64,000 bases of DNA, taken from positions 39,370,001 to 39,434,000 of the forward strand of contig NC_047017.1 of the NCBI RefSeq assembly GCF_902652985.1. Reading direction: 5' to 3'. Position numbers and translations under genes: made by a program. The first letter of the stretch is position 1. Each line of letters opens with the position of its first letter. This document shows positions 14,201 to 27,900 of the stretch, piece by piece. The notes under the pieces are model-generated. The model was not told where the DNA came from and did no database searches. It worked only from the letters and a program-made list of their open reading frames with translations. The DNA comes from Pecten maximus. Its lineage: Eukaryota.

Positions 14201-15559
14201 TAATTGTTTTTAGATGAAAAAGAGGACCATGCTTAAAGAACTGTCTGGCTTAAATAACATGATCAATGTCTTAATGCCAAATATACATCAATTTAATGCA
14301 TATACACAAAAAAAAATAGTCATTATCATATTTTGTTTGATAATAAAATCCATGTGTATATATGACTATTACAGCATTATTTTTTTTCAAAATCAGATTG
14401 CATTGATATTTTCCATAAGAGCAACACATTAATTCAAATTGCCTATCAATAATAAAAGATCCCATTAAAGCCATACATATGTAAAATAATAAAAGCCATA
14501 TATGTGTAAATAATAAAAGATCCCATTAAAGCAATACATATGTAAAACTGTAAGAGAGCAAGGAGAGAGATCCAAGTTTATTGCATTTTTGCCTGTGAAA
14601 TATAGATAATTTATCAAACTAATAAAACTTATATTTTCACTGCAGCAATGAGCAGTGAAAATATAAGATTTTGCAGTGAAAATATAAGTTGTTTTTTTCA
14701 CCAATCTGAGCGAACTGTTGTATTCACCTCATTGAAACTTGCCGAATTTTCCAAAGCGAAGATAGATAAACTGATTATTTTGCTGTATTTCTGAAATATT
14801 CAGACTAGTTTTTGACAAAACATTCACTTGATGTAAGCTATTCATGCACAGATTCTCCAATAGCAGCAGAAAAAGCTTAAATTGCGCTGATCAGTCCTTT
14901 CAAAATGGCGCCCTCAAGTCTATGTGAAGTAAGGTCACAAAGAGATGACGTCATGAATTATGTTACTGATTCTCGCATTTTTTTTACACTATTAATTTTT
15001 CAATGTTTTTAATTTTGTTTTTAAGTATATAAAATTCAATAAAAAGAAAATTGAATGGTTTCCCATTTAATATAACATATACATTGTACATGTATTTCAT
15101 TCGTATGACAGAATATTTCGATATTTTTCACTTGTGCTACGAGTCGAATATCGATATTATGTCATTCTCGTGAAATATATGTTGTATTAGACGAGAAACC
15201 ATTCAATATCCTCTATGTATTAAACAGACATCAACTTACACTACAATACAACAGAATCCTGGGGATTTAGAGTTAGGCTAGGACAGTTATAACAGTACTG
15301 ACATAACAAGTGTACACACAACACTCAGTGGAGTAACCATCACAACCGCATGTTAAATAAATTCTACTCCAGAATTATTATTTAACAGTAAAATGGACCC
15401 TTTGTTGATCTGTCTGTTATCATCGTTGGGAGTTCAACATTCACAAATGAATTATCTGAATAAAACTGACATCACAAAAACCAGATTCTCAGTTTATTAG
15501 TTCAAAAATGTTTAAAAAATTGATATTTAAATACAAATATATATTTATAGAAACCAGCT

Positions 15560-15930
15560 AAGAGATTCCAATACAATATGATACAGCAGAGATTCCAATA
15601 AAATACAGCAGAGATTCCAATAAAATATATTAGAGCAGAGATTCCAATAAAATAGTACAGAGATTCTAATACAATATATTAGAGCAGAGATTCCAATACA
15701 ATAGAGCAGAGATTCCAGTACAATAGAGAAGAAATTCCAATACAAAATATTAGAGCAGAGATTCCAATACAATAGATTAGAGCAGAGATTCCAATGAAAA
15801 AGGACAGAGATTCTTATACAATATATTAGAGCAGAGATTCCAATACAATAGAGCAGAGATTCCAGTACAATAGAGAAGAAATTCCAATACAATAGAGCAG
15901 AGATTCTAATACGATACAACAGAGATTCCA
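15560..15930. repeat. degenerate 22-27-bp tandem repeat
   Basis: AGCAGAGATTCCAATACAATAG variants. Confidence 0.9.
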
Positions 15931-17221
15931 GTGTAAAAACATTTGTGGCCTCTTCTGGAGCACAACTCGAGTAAAAATAAAAATAAAGATTGTAGACGAA
16001 TAGTGCTGATACATGTATTAGATATAAACAATAGGTTCACAGAATAAATCAAAGTGAGGACTCATATATTTGTGGGTATATCTCCACCTACCCATATTGG
16101 TAATTAATTATGTTTCTATTTGACTCTCTAATAATGGGAAATGACATCCAGTATGTATTTATCACATATCTGGTCCATTCTACCATGTCATAAACATCGT
16201 AAGACATGCAATAACACTATTGTGAGGTCACAAATACTTTTGGATACACAATGAGTCGGTGACATCCCACAATTGTCTGCAGAAAAAAATGCACTGTCTG
16301 AGTCAAAACTCACCTGTCTTGTACAGAAATCAATTTGGAAGTTTTTACTTATATTCTTATACACACAAGCTATGTGATCAACAGAATCTTGTAGCTATAT
16401 AATATTGAATTAATTTAACTCCTTAGATAATTTAATATGTGACAAGCCTTGATATTAGTGAACTTGATTGATAAATTCCTATTATATAACCACTCAAGTA
16501 AGATCATCAATTTCTAGTTTGACTGATGTTTCCATACCTGGATACTATATAATTATTGCAGATAATTAATCTATTATAATTCAACGTAAATCTGACTACA
16601 AATGTAAGTCCGACACATGGCTACTCCAACATTTACATATTAAGTACAGTCAACACTGAGGACAAAAAATACAGAAAGGGATCCCAACTGAGCGAGAAGA
16701 TCCCAGACAAGTATAAGATACTGATAAATAGAACGGGCACAGACTCATTTAAAATCATTCTACCCAAAAGCTGGAGAGGAAAGCACAACTCTATAACATG
16801 TTGAAAAAATACATGTTATATTTATACAATGTATATAAATGTATAGTATTAAGCATCAGAATAATCTAGCTTTGAGTCTACTGTTTTGTATCAACATCAG
16901 AGAATACTACATGTAATATTGGCTTACTATTGATTGGTACAATCAATGACAAAGTGATAATTATTACTAATCTAAATAATGTAAATTGTAAAGTGTGTAT
17001 TACCTTATTATTATTATATATATGTATGGTAACAATTACAAAGTTTCCTTACACTTACAAAGTATTACTATGTTAATTAATGTAAGTTGTTTGTATAAAA
17101 AACAAAAAACAAAAAACAAAAACAAAGACAAAAACAAAATTATAAAAAGTGTGCATTATTCTTATTATAATAACAATTGCACAGTTTCCTTACTCTCACA
17201 GAAGGGATACAGCACCCCCCC

Positions 17222-17252
<31 letters not shown>

Positions 17253-19134
17253 CCACACACACACACTTAAATCAAAAACAAATACCAAAAACAATAAAGG
17301 TTACTACAGAAGAAAATGAGTCCCCATGATGACAATGATAAGGGACAAATCAAGATTTCCAATGTGGTTATTATATGTTAATGAAAATAAAAATGGATAG
17401 ATATAATGGGACTTTCAAAACTTGTAAATGGATATTTTTTTGTAATATTTAGATTTTTTTGTTTATGCTATCCTTACCAATATGAATGTCCCTGTATCCA
17501 ATAACTACACCCTGTAGTTATTCAGACAATTGTGGCTCAAACAAAATATACAATTCTACAATAAATACATAATCATGCTCTTTATATCAGCAATATACAT
17601 GTAATGATGGCATGGGGACAAACACTTGAAGTCCTCCTTCAAAGTTTGACATTAACTTTTACAATATATGTTATATTTTTTGTTAACAACAAAATGTCAT
17701 GTATTTTTAAATTTTTTTTTATCTATAACAATATTAAAGATATGGACAGGTTCTCCACATATTTGATATGTGGTTTATATACCTACAAATGTCTCACTAC
17801 TCTCCAGTCTTAAAGTATATGCTTACACAATATCTACTACTGTAACATTTATTTATTAAAATAATTTTGATAAAATATACAGCGGCAATACCAGCACATC
17901 TCGGTTATGGTATATACAAATTAATCATCATATTTATTTCAACACATTAATGTATCACTTTTATTTAATTAGTAGGCTAAAGATGGTATAATGCGGAGAC
18001 TGACCTAGTGCCACAAAGTGGCCTCATGTTTTTTTCAGACTTGTATTTTAGCAAACGCTTTCACAGTCAGTAATATCTATCATAATAAAAACACCATCAT
18101 TCACATCCAAAAACATTTTTAAGTACACAAGCTTTTAGTTCTGCATAAAAAGTCTAAAAGTGAAATACAGTATTTAGAGTATCATTACAGTAAAGTAACC
18201 AGGTGTTTGTTTTCTGATTTTTTTTCTTTTCTATTCTTATATTTTTTTTGATATTGTTTTTTTAATACATGGTCAGTACAATAATTTGGAGGAAAATTAA
18301 ACCTTGAAAACATGTATTGGAGATCATCAAACATACTGAAATATTTTTCCAATGTGTAATTTAAATGATTTACACCAAGATGATGACGTAATGACTTTAA
18401 GTAACAATGTTACAGTGAGTAGCTGTATTACCTAAGTTTTGGATTCTGGTATGGAATGATCAGATAAATATTAATAGTTAAACTACATAAATATCAATAT
18501 GCAATATCATCAGATAAAATTTACATACAGAAGGATGAATAAAAAAAAAAGTTCAACCTGACTAAGTGTGTTTATTTTAAAAATAAACCAAAATAAGATT
18601 TTCAAAAAAGATTGCTTGTTTCAATAATGGCACAAATATTTGAGAACTTCATAAAACTGACACCAGGTCATCTATCAAACATGACATCATGGCATTTATA
18701 CAATTCTACTGACTAAAGCAGACTGGTACTGTAACAGTTGCTTACGTAACAAAACCATTATCACAAGCAATTTCACAAACAGTTTTCTATAAATTGTGAC
18801 TACGTAAGAGTATATTTGAGGAACGAGAATATCACAAACTTTAACATACAAATGTATTATCATCATGTCAGTCAATCCTGGATTTATCTGATTTTAAAGG
18901 TAACAATAAACAGAACTGGGGGCAATAATGCTAAAGTCTGCCTTCCACACAAACTAAACTTTTATAATCATCTGTTTTTGTGACCCTGTTCCAATACAAC
19001 GTTTCTATAAACGTAACAACTTTAGAAGATGTAGTCCCCCATCAACCAATCCCTTGAGGCTATCTCTATTGATTCTTTGAGACCTATTCCCCAAATTGCT
19101 TGCGACCTTTTCACCCAATTCCTTTGGATCATCT

Positions 19135-22100
19135 CCCGATACTTCATGATTTATCTGCTGTCCGATACCTTATGATTTATCTGATGTCTGATACATCATG
19201 ATTTATCTACTGTACGATACCACGAGATTTATCTGAAGTATGATACCTCGTGATTTATCTGCTGTCCGATACCTCATGATTTATCTGCTGTACGATACCA
19301 CGAGATTTATCTGAAGTATGATACCTTGTGATTTATCTACTGTCCAATACCTCATGATTTATCTACTGTCCGATACCTCGTGATTTATCTACTGTCAGAT
19401 ACCTCGTGATTTATCTGATGTCAGATACCTCGTGATTTATCTGATGTCAGATACCTCGTGATTTATCTACTGTCTGATACCTCGTGATTTATCTGATGTC
19501 AGATACCTCGTGATTTATCTGATGTCAGATACCTCGTGATTTATCTACTGTCCAATACCTCGTGATTTATCTGATGTCAGATACCTCGTGATTTATCTAC
19601 TGTCCGATACCTCGTGATTTATCTACTGTCCGATACCTCATGATTTATCTACTGTCCGATACCTCATGATTTATCTACTGTCCGATACCTCATGATTTAT
19701 CTACTGTCCGATACCTCATGATTTATCTACTGTCAGATACCTCGTGATTTATCTACTGTCCAATACCTCATGATTTATCTACTGTCCGATACCTCGTGAT
19801 TTATCTACTGTCCGATACCTCATGATTTATCTACTGTACGATACCTCATGATTTATCTACTGTCCGATACCTCGTGATTTATCTGATGTCAGATACCTCG
19901 TGATTTATCTGATGTCAGATACCTCGTGATTTATCTACTGTCCGATACCTCATGATTTATCTACTGTCCAATACCTCATGATTTATCTACTGTCCGATAC
20001 CTAATGATTTATCTACTGTCCGATACCTCATGATTTATCTGATGTCAGATACCTCGTGATTTATCTGAAGTATGATACCTCGTGATTTATCTACTGTCCG
20101 ATACCTCATGATTTATCTACTGTCCGATACCTCATGATTTATCTACTGTCCGATACCTCATGATTTATCTACTGTCCGATACCTCATGATTTATCTACTG
20201 TCCGATACCTCGTGATTTATCTGAAGTATGATACCTCGTGATTTATCTACTGTCCGATACCTCATGATTTATCTACTGTCCGATACCTCATGATTTATCT
20301 ACTGTCCGATACCTCGTGATTTATCTACTGTCCGATACCTCATGATTTATCTACTGTACGATACCTCTTGATTTATCTACTGTCCGATACCTCGTGATTT
20401 ATCTGAAGTATGATACCTCGTGATTTATCTACTGTCCGATACCTCGTGATTTATCTACTGTCCGATACCTCTTGATTTATCTACTGTCCGATACCTCGTG
20501 ATTTATCTGAAGTATGATACCTCATGATTTATCTACTGTCCGATACCTCATGATTTATCTACTGTCCGATACCTCATGATTTATCTACTGTCCGATACCT
20601 CATGATTTATCTACTGTCCGATACCTCGTGATTTATCTACTGTCCGATACCTCATGATTTATCTACTGTCCGATACCTCGTGATTTATCTACTGTCCGAT
20701 ACCTCATGATTTATCTACTGTCCGATACCTCATGATTTATCTACTGTCCGATACCTCGTGATTTATCTACTGTCCGATACCTCATGATTTATCTACTGTC
20801 CGATACCTCATGATTTATCTACTGTACGATACCACAAGATTTATCTACTGTCCGATACCTCGTGATTTATCTACTGTCCGATACCTCATGATTTATCTAC
20901 TGTACGATACCTCATGATTTATCTACTGTCCGATACCTCATGATTTATCTACTGTACGATACCACAAGATTTATCTACTGTCCGATACCTCGTGATTTAT
21001 CTGAAGTATGATACCTCGTGATTTATCTACTGTCCGATACCTCGTGATTTATCTACTGTCTGATACCTCATGATTTATCTACTGTCCGATACCTCGTGAT
21101 TTATCTACTGTCCAATACCTCATAATTTATCTACTGTCCGATACCTCGTGATTTATCTACTGTCCGATACCTGGTGATTTATCTACTGTCCGATACCTCA
21201 TGATTTATCTACTGTCCGATACCTCGTGATTTATCTACTGTCCGATACCTCATGATTTATCTACTGTCCGATACCTCGTGATTTATCTACTGTCCGATAC
21301 CTCATGATTTATCTACTGTACGATACCTCTTGATTTATCTACTGTCCGATACCTCGTGATTTATCTGAAGTATGATACCTCATGATTTATCTACTGTACG
21401 ATACCACAAGATTTATCTACTGTCCGATACCTCGTGATTTATCTGAAGTATGATACCTCGTGATTTATCTACTGTCCGATACCTCGTGATTTATCTACTG
21501 TCTGATACCTCATGATTTATCTACTGTCCGATACCTCGTGATTTATCTACTGTCCAATACCTCATAATTTATCTACTGTCCGATACCTCGTGATTTATCT
21601 ACTGTCCGATACCTGGTGATTTATCTACTGTCCGATACCTCATGATTTATCTACTGTCCGATACCTCGTGATTTATCTACTGTCCGATACCTCATGATTT
21701 ATCTACTGTCCGATACCTCGTGATTTATCTACTGTCCGATACCTCGTGATTTATCTACTGTTCGATACCTTATGATTTATCTGATGTCAGATACCTCGTG
21801 ATTTATCTGATGTCAGATACGTCCTGATTTATCTACTGTCCGATACCTCATGATTTATCTACTGTCCGATACCTCATGATTTATCTACTGTCAGATACCT
21901 CGTGATTTATCTACTGTCCAATACCTCATGATTTATCTACTGTCCGATACCTCGTGATTTATCTACTGTCCGATACCTCATGATTTATCTACTGTACGAT
22001 ACCTCATGATTTATCTACTGTCCGATACCTCGTGATTTATCTGATGTCAGATACCTCGTGATTTATCTGATGTCAGATACCTCGTGATTTATCTACTGTC

Positions 22101-24810
22101 CGATACCTCATGATTTATCTACTGTCCAATACCTCATGATTTATCTACTGTCCGATACCTAATGATTTATCTACTGTCCGATACCTCATGATTTATCTGA
22201 TGTCAGATACCTCGTGATTTATCTGAAGTATGATACCTCGTGATTTATCTACTGTCCGATACCTCATGATTTATCTACTGTCCGATACCTCATGATTTAT
22301 CTACTGTCCGATACCTCATGATTTATCTACTGTCCGATACCTCATGATTTATCTACTGTCCGATACCTCGTGATTTATCTGAAGTATGATACCTCGTGAT
22401 TTATCTACTGTCCGATACCTCATGATTTATCTACTGTCCGATACCTCATGATTTATCTACTGTCCGATACCTCGTGATTTATCTACTGTCCGATACCTCA
22501 TGATTTATCTACTGTACGATACCTCTTGATTTATCTACTGTCCGATACCTCGTGATTTATCTGAAGTATGATACCTCGTGATTTATCTACTGTCCGATAC
22601 CTCGTGATTTATCTACTGTCCGATACCTCTTGATTTATCTACTGTCTGATACCTCGTGATTTATCTACTGTACGATACCACAAGATTTATCTACTGTCCG
22701 ATACCTCGTGATTTATCTACTGTCCGATACCTCATGATTTATCTACTGTACGATACCTCATGATTTATCTACTGTCCGATACCTCATGATTTATCTACTG
22801 TACGATACCACAAGATTTATCTACTGTCCGATACCTCGTGATTTATCTGAAGTATGATACCTCGTGATTTATCTACTGTCCGATACCTCGTGATTTATCT
22901 ACTGTCTGATACCTCATGATTTATCTACTGTCCGATACCTCGTGATTTATCTACTGTCCAATACCTCATAATTTATCTACTGTCCGATACCTCGTGATTT
23001 ATCTACTGTCCGATACCTCGTGATTTATCTACTGTCCGATACCTCATGATTTATCTACTGTCCGATACCTCGTGATTTATCTACTGTCCGATACCTCATG
23101 ATTTATCTACTGTCCGATACCTCGTGATTTATCTACTGTCCGATACCTCATGATTTATCTACTGTACGATACCTCTTGATTTATCTACTGTCCGATACCT
23201 CGTGATTTATCTGAAGTATGATACCTCATGATTTATCTACTGTACGATACCACAAGATTTATCTACTGTCCGATACCTCGTGATTTATCTGAAGTATGAT
23301 ACCTCGTGATTTATCTACTGTCCGATACCTCGTGATTTATCTACTGTCTGATACCTCATGATTTATCTACTGTCCGATACCTCGTGATTTATCTACTGTC
23401 CAATACCTCATAATTTATCTACTGTCCGATACCTCGTGATTTATCTACTGTCCGATACCTGGTGATTTATCTACTGTCCGATACCTCATGATTTATCTAC
23501 TGTCCGATACCTCGTGATTTATCTACTGTCCGATACCTCATGATTTATCTACTGTCCGATACCTCGTGATTTATCTACTGTCCGATACCTCGTGATTTAT
23601 CTACTGTTCGATACCTTATGATTTATCTGATGTCAGATACCTCGTGATTTATCTGATGTCAGATACGTCCTGATTTATCTACTGTCCGATACCTCATGAT
23701 TTATCTACTGTCCGATACCTCATGATTTATCTGATGTCAGATACCTCGTGATTTATCTGATGTCAGATACCTCGTGATTTATCTACTGTCCGATACCTCA
23801 TGATTTATCTACTGTCCGATACCTCATGATTTATCTGATGTCAGATACCTCGTGATTTATCTGAAGTATGATACCTCGTGATTTATCTACTGTCCGATAC
23901 CTCGTGATTTATCTGAAGTATGATACCTCGTGATTTATCTACTGTCCGATACCTCATGATTTATCTACTGTCCGATACCTCATGATTTATCTACTGTCCG
24001 ATACCTCATGATTTATCTACTGTCCGATACCTCATGATTTATCTACTGTCCGATACCTCATGATTTATCTACTGTACGATACCACGAGATTTATCTACTG
24101 TCCGATACCTCGTGATTTATCTACTGTACGATACCTCGTGATTTATCTACTGTCTGATACCTCGTGATTTATCTACTGTCTGATACCTCATGATTTATCT
24201 ACTGTCCGATACCTCGTGATTTATCTACTGTCCGATACCTTGTGATTTATCTACTGTCCGATACCTCATGATTTATCTACTGTCCGATACCTCGTGATTT
24301 ATCTACTGTCTGATACCTCATGATTTATCTACTGTCTGATACCTCGTGATTTATCTACTGTCCGATACCTCGTGATTTATCTACTGTCCGATACCTCATG
24401 ATTTATCTACTGTCCGATACCTCACGATTTATCTACTGTCTGATACCTCATGATTTATCTACTGTCTGATACCTCATGATTTATCTACTGTCTGATACCT
24501 CGTGATTTATCTACTGTCCGATACCTCATGATTTATCTACTGTCCGATACCTCACGATTTATCTACTGTCTGATACCTCATGATTTATCTACTGTCCGAT
24601 ACCTCGTGATTTATCTACTGTCAGATACCTCATGATTTATCTACTGTCCGATACCTCGTGATTTATCTACTGTCTGATACCTCATGATTTATCTACTGTC
24701 CGATACCTCACGATTTATCTACTGTCTGATACCTCATGATTTATCTACTGTCCGATACCTCGTGATTTATCTACTGTCTGATACCTCAAGATTTATCTGC
24801 TGTCTGGTAC
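19135..24810. repeat. 26-bp satellite, ~218 copies, immediately 3' of and overlapping the aminopeptidase stop
   Basis: GATTTATCTACTGTCCGATACCTC(A/G)T. Confidence 0.98.
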
Positions 24811-24960
24811 ATGTAAGATGTTTTTAGGATTATTTAACCAGGTAGTCACAATGTCTTCATTGTTTTCTAGCCAATCAATATTCATCCTGATATTCTCCAA
24901 ACTTGAGGCTACAGACATGTTGACAGATGCCGAATCATGGGAATTGAAGAATGCAGACAC
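24793..24960 (-). CDS. aminopeptidase exon 19 (last coding exon)
   Basis: VSAFF...[12 protein letters not shown]...VTTWL...VPDSR*; TAA at 24795-24793. Confidence 0.93.
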   Translation of the reverse strand: MSAFFNSHDSASVNMSVASSLENIRMNIDWLENNEDIVTTWLNNPKNILHVPDSR

Positions 24961-27900
24961 CTGTGGATGAAAAAAAACATAAATGACTAATTGTAATAAG
25001 TCAATGGAGGCACTGTGGTCTAGTGGTAGGACCGCATACGCTGCTACTTTGAGGCCCATCACAAGTACTGTGTTGTATCCTTGAACATGATACTTGACTC
25101 CGTTTAAATGTTGCTACTGACCCTAATTTTCTGTTCAGCATGTTTGGCAAATAAAAAAACAAAATAAAAAAACAACACACATGTTACTTAGAATCTCTAT
25201 TGATTTCGCTCCGGTTGCTGGCCACCCGACAGCGCAAGCAGTACTGGTATTATAAGAAAAAATTCACATACGACGGCCAAAACATTTATACAGATTGATG
25301 TCAAACAATCTCTCGATGCCTATCTGAGAAAATGTCAGTCACCATTTCATGATCGATTTGTTTCAGTTAAAATTTATAAAATGCACACACACACGCATGA
25401 AATAAATATCAAGACTGTAATTCCCAGCAATAACTTATGTCCAATATACATGTAATTGAAATCTATCACAACTCAATGGGAAAAAATAATGACTGTGGCT
25501 GTGTTTGTAAGTACCTGTGTACAGAAGCCAACAGCAGATTGTCAGTGAACGATATTCAGCATGATAAATGTCTCATGATATAGAGACACTCACCTAACAC
25601 ATGGAAATCAACCATTCCCTATTTAATATGTTATTTGAGAAGTCTGTGTCAACAGCAAGCAAGTTTAAACAAATTTTTCAGTCCCTTCTTAGACAGAAAT
25701 CACATTTTTTGGGCCTAACCAAAAGTAGTGGAATGAACAAGCTCAAAAGTCTTAGTTCTTACACATGCTACATTTAATTTCACCTTATATCTTAACAAGG
25801 AAATTTTACTGGCATTCTAAAGTTCTAGGAATGTCATCATATATGTACCAGATTTTACTGGCATTCTAAAGTTCTGGGAATGTCATCACGTGTACCAGGT
25901 TTTACTGGCATTCTAAAGTTCTAGGAATGTCATCACGTGTACCAGATTTTACTGGCATTCTAAAGTTCTAGGAATGTCATCATATATGTACCAGATTTTA
26001 CTGGCATTCTAAAGTTCTGGGAATGTCATCACGTGTACCAGATTTTACTGGCATTCTAAAGTTCTAGGAATGTCATCACATGTACCAGATTTTACTGGCA
26101 TTCTAAAGTTCTAGGAATGTCATCACGTATACCAGATTTTACTGGCATTCTAAAGTTCTGGGAATGTCATCACGTGTACCAGATTTTACTGGCATTCTAA
26201 AGTTCTAGGAATGTCATCACGTGTACCAGATTTAACACAAACACAGAAAACAGGAAAGACAAAGAGCTGTTCCTTGGGGTATTCTTCTCTCTAGCTGTTA
26301 CTTAAATAATAAATCTGCTATCCCACTGGAAATAACATTCAACTGTCTATATACATGTATATACAATCAAACATTATTCTCTGATAACTCAAACATTTAA
26401 CTAGAAGTAAGCATTCAGGTCTGACAGTAAAACTCTGTGTGAAATATGCTCAGTTACCTCAAATACTCAGAATATTTCAAGTTTTTTTCATGTTCATTGA
26501 CTTAGAGATAATGAATTTAATTGTAATATGCCAGTAGCACCAAACTGTTGTATACAAACAATTGATATGTTTGTGCCATGAGAACAAAGCATATGGATAA
26601 AACAAGTATTTATAATATAAACTTAAAAATACCATACCTCTTCATAATCAAATTCTGTAGAGAATGATGATGTGGTACTCTTCACAAGATTGGGCAGGAT
26701 AAATGATGAACTGCCAAACCTAGGTAAAAAAAACATACACTATCAGGTAAACTGGGTCATACAAAACATACAGGTAATCTGGGTCATACAAACACATACA
26801 GGTAATCTGGGTCATACAAAAACATACAGGTAATCTGGGTCATACAAAACATACAGGTAATCTGGGTCATACAAAAAACAACAGGTAATCTGGGTCATAC
26901 AAAAAAATACAGGTAATCTGGGTCATACAAAAACATACAGGTAATCTGGGTCATACAAAAACATACAGGTGATCTGGGTCATACAAAAACATACAGGTAA
27001 TCTGGGCCACACTAAAACATATTTTTTCATTAACTAGATATTCACAGGAGTTATCCAATGTTACTGTTGGTGAGTATATAAATGGATCAAGATGGAAATA
27101 TAGGCATCTTTTTTTCAACAGGTTCAAAGTTTGGACAATGAGAGCTAGAACTGAACCCACCAAATCGTCAAATTAAAGCTCTGTTTAATATCCCAGCTAT
27201 ACAATAATGAATATTGAAACAGTTTCTTTTTCAAAATTATTCTTACCATTTCACGAATTTCTTCCAATTTTGCTGTACAAATCTCCATGCCAGAATTTGT
27301 CCATTAGTGTTGATGGAAACAACACTAACTACTGTGGTCAGGTCTTGGTGACGAATGTTTTCGCCCTTAGCAGCTTCCTCTAAAAGTCTGAAAACACATA
27401 AAATTATGCTTTTCAGCAAACAGAAAAAAAACACTGAACACAAAGCAACATTGCAAAAGTGAATTGCCTTTTTAGACTATAAGTTAAATAGATACCAAAC
27501 TGTACCTTGTCAAGTAAAGCACTACCAAATTCTACCTTGTCAGATAAAATACTATAAAACTTACCTTGCAAGATGGTTGGTGTCCTGTGTGCGACAGAGT
27601 GCGATTAACAGTTTATGTTTTTCCGATGGAACAATAGCATTGAGGTACTTTTTCCAGATAAAGTCCCATTCAGGAAGTCCTCCATATTGTACCCCAGCTC
27701 TATAAATCACACTCTTCAAGTTCAGGTTTACTCTACAAAAGAACAGTAATGGCATAAGATCCCAACCTACAACGGGATATGTCTGGTATAAACTAGGTCC
27801 CACTCAACAACAGGACATGTCTGGTATAAACTAGGTCCCACTCTACAACAGGACATGTCTGGTATAAACTAGGTCCCACACTACAACAGGACATGTCTGG

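Noticed and set aside
14600-15215. YY1-like CAAAATGGCG and CRE-like TGACGTCA motifs suggesting a promoter
   Set aside because: They lie in what looks like a decayed inverted-repeat element, with no adjacent gene start
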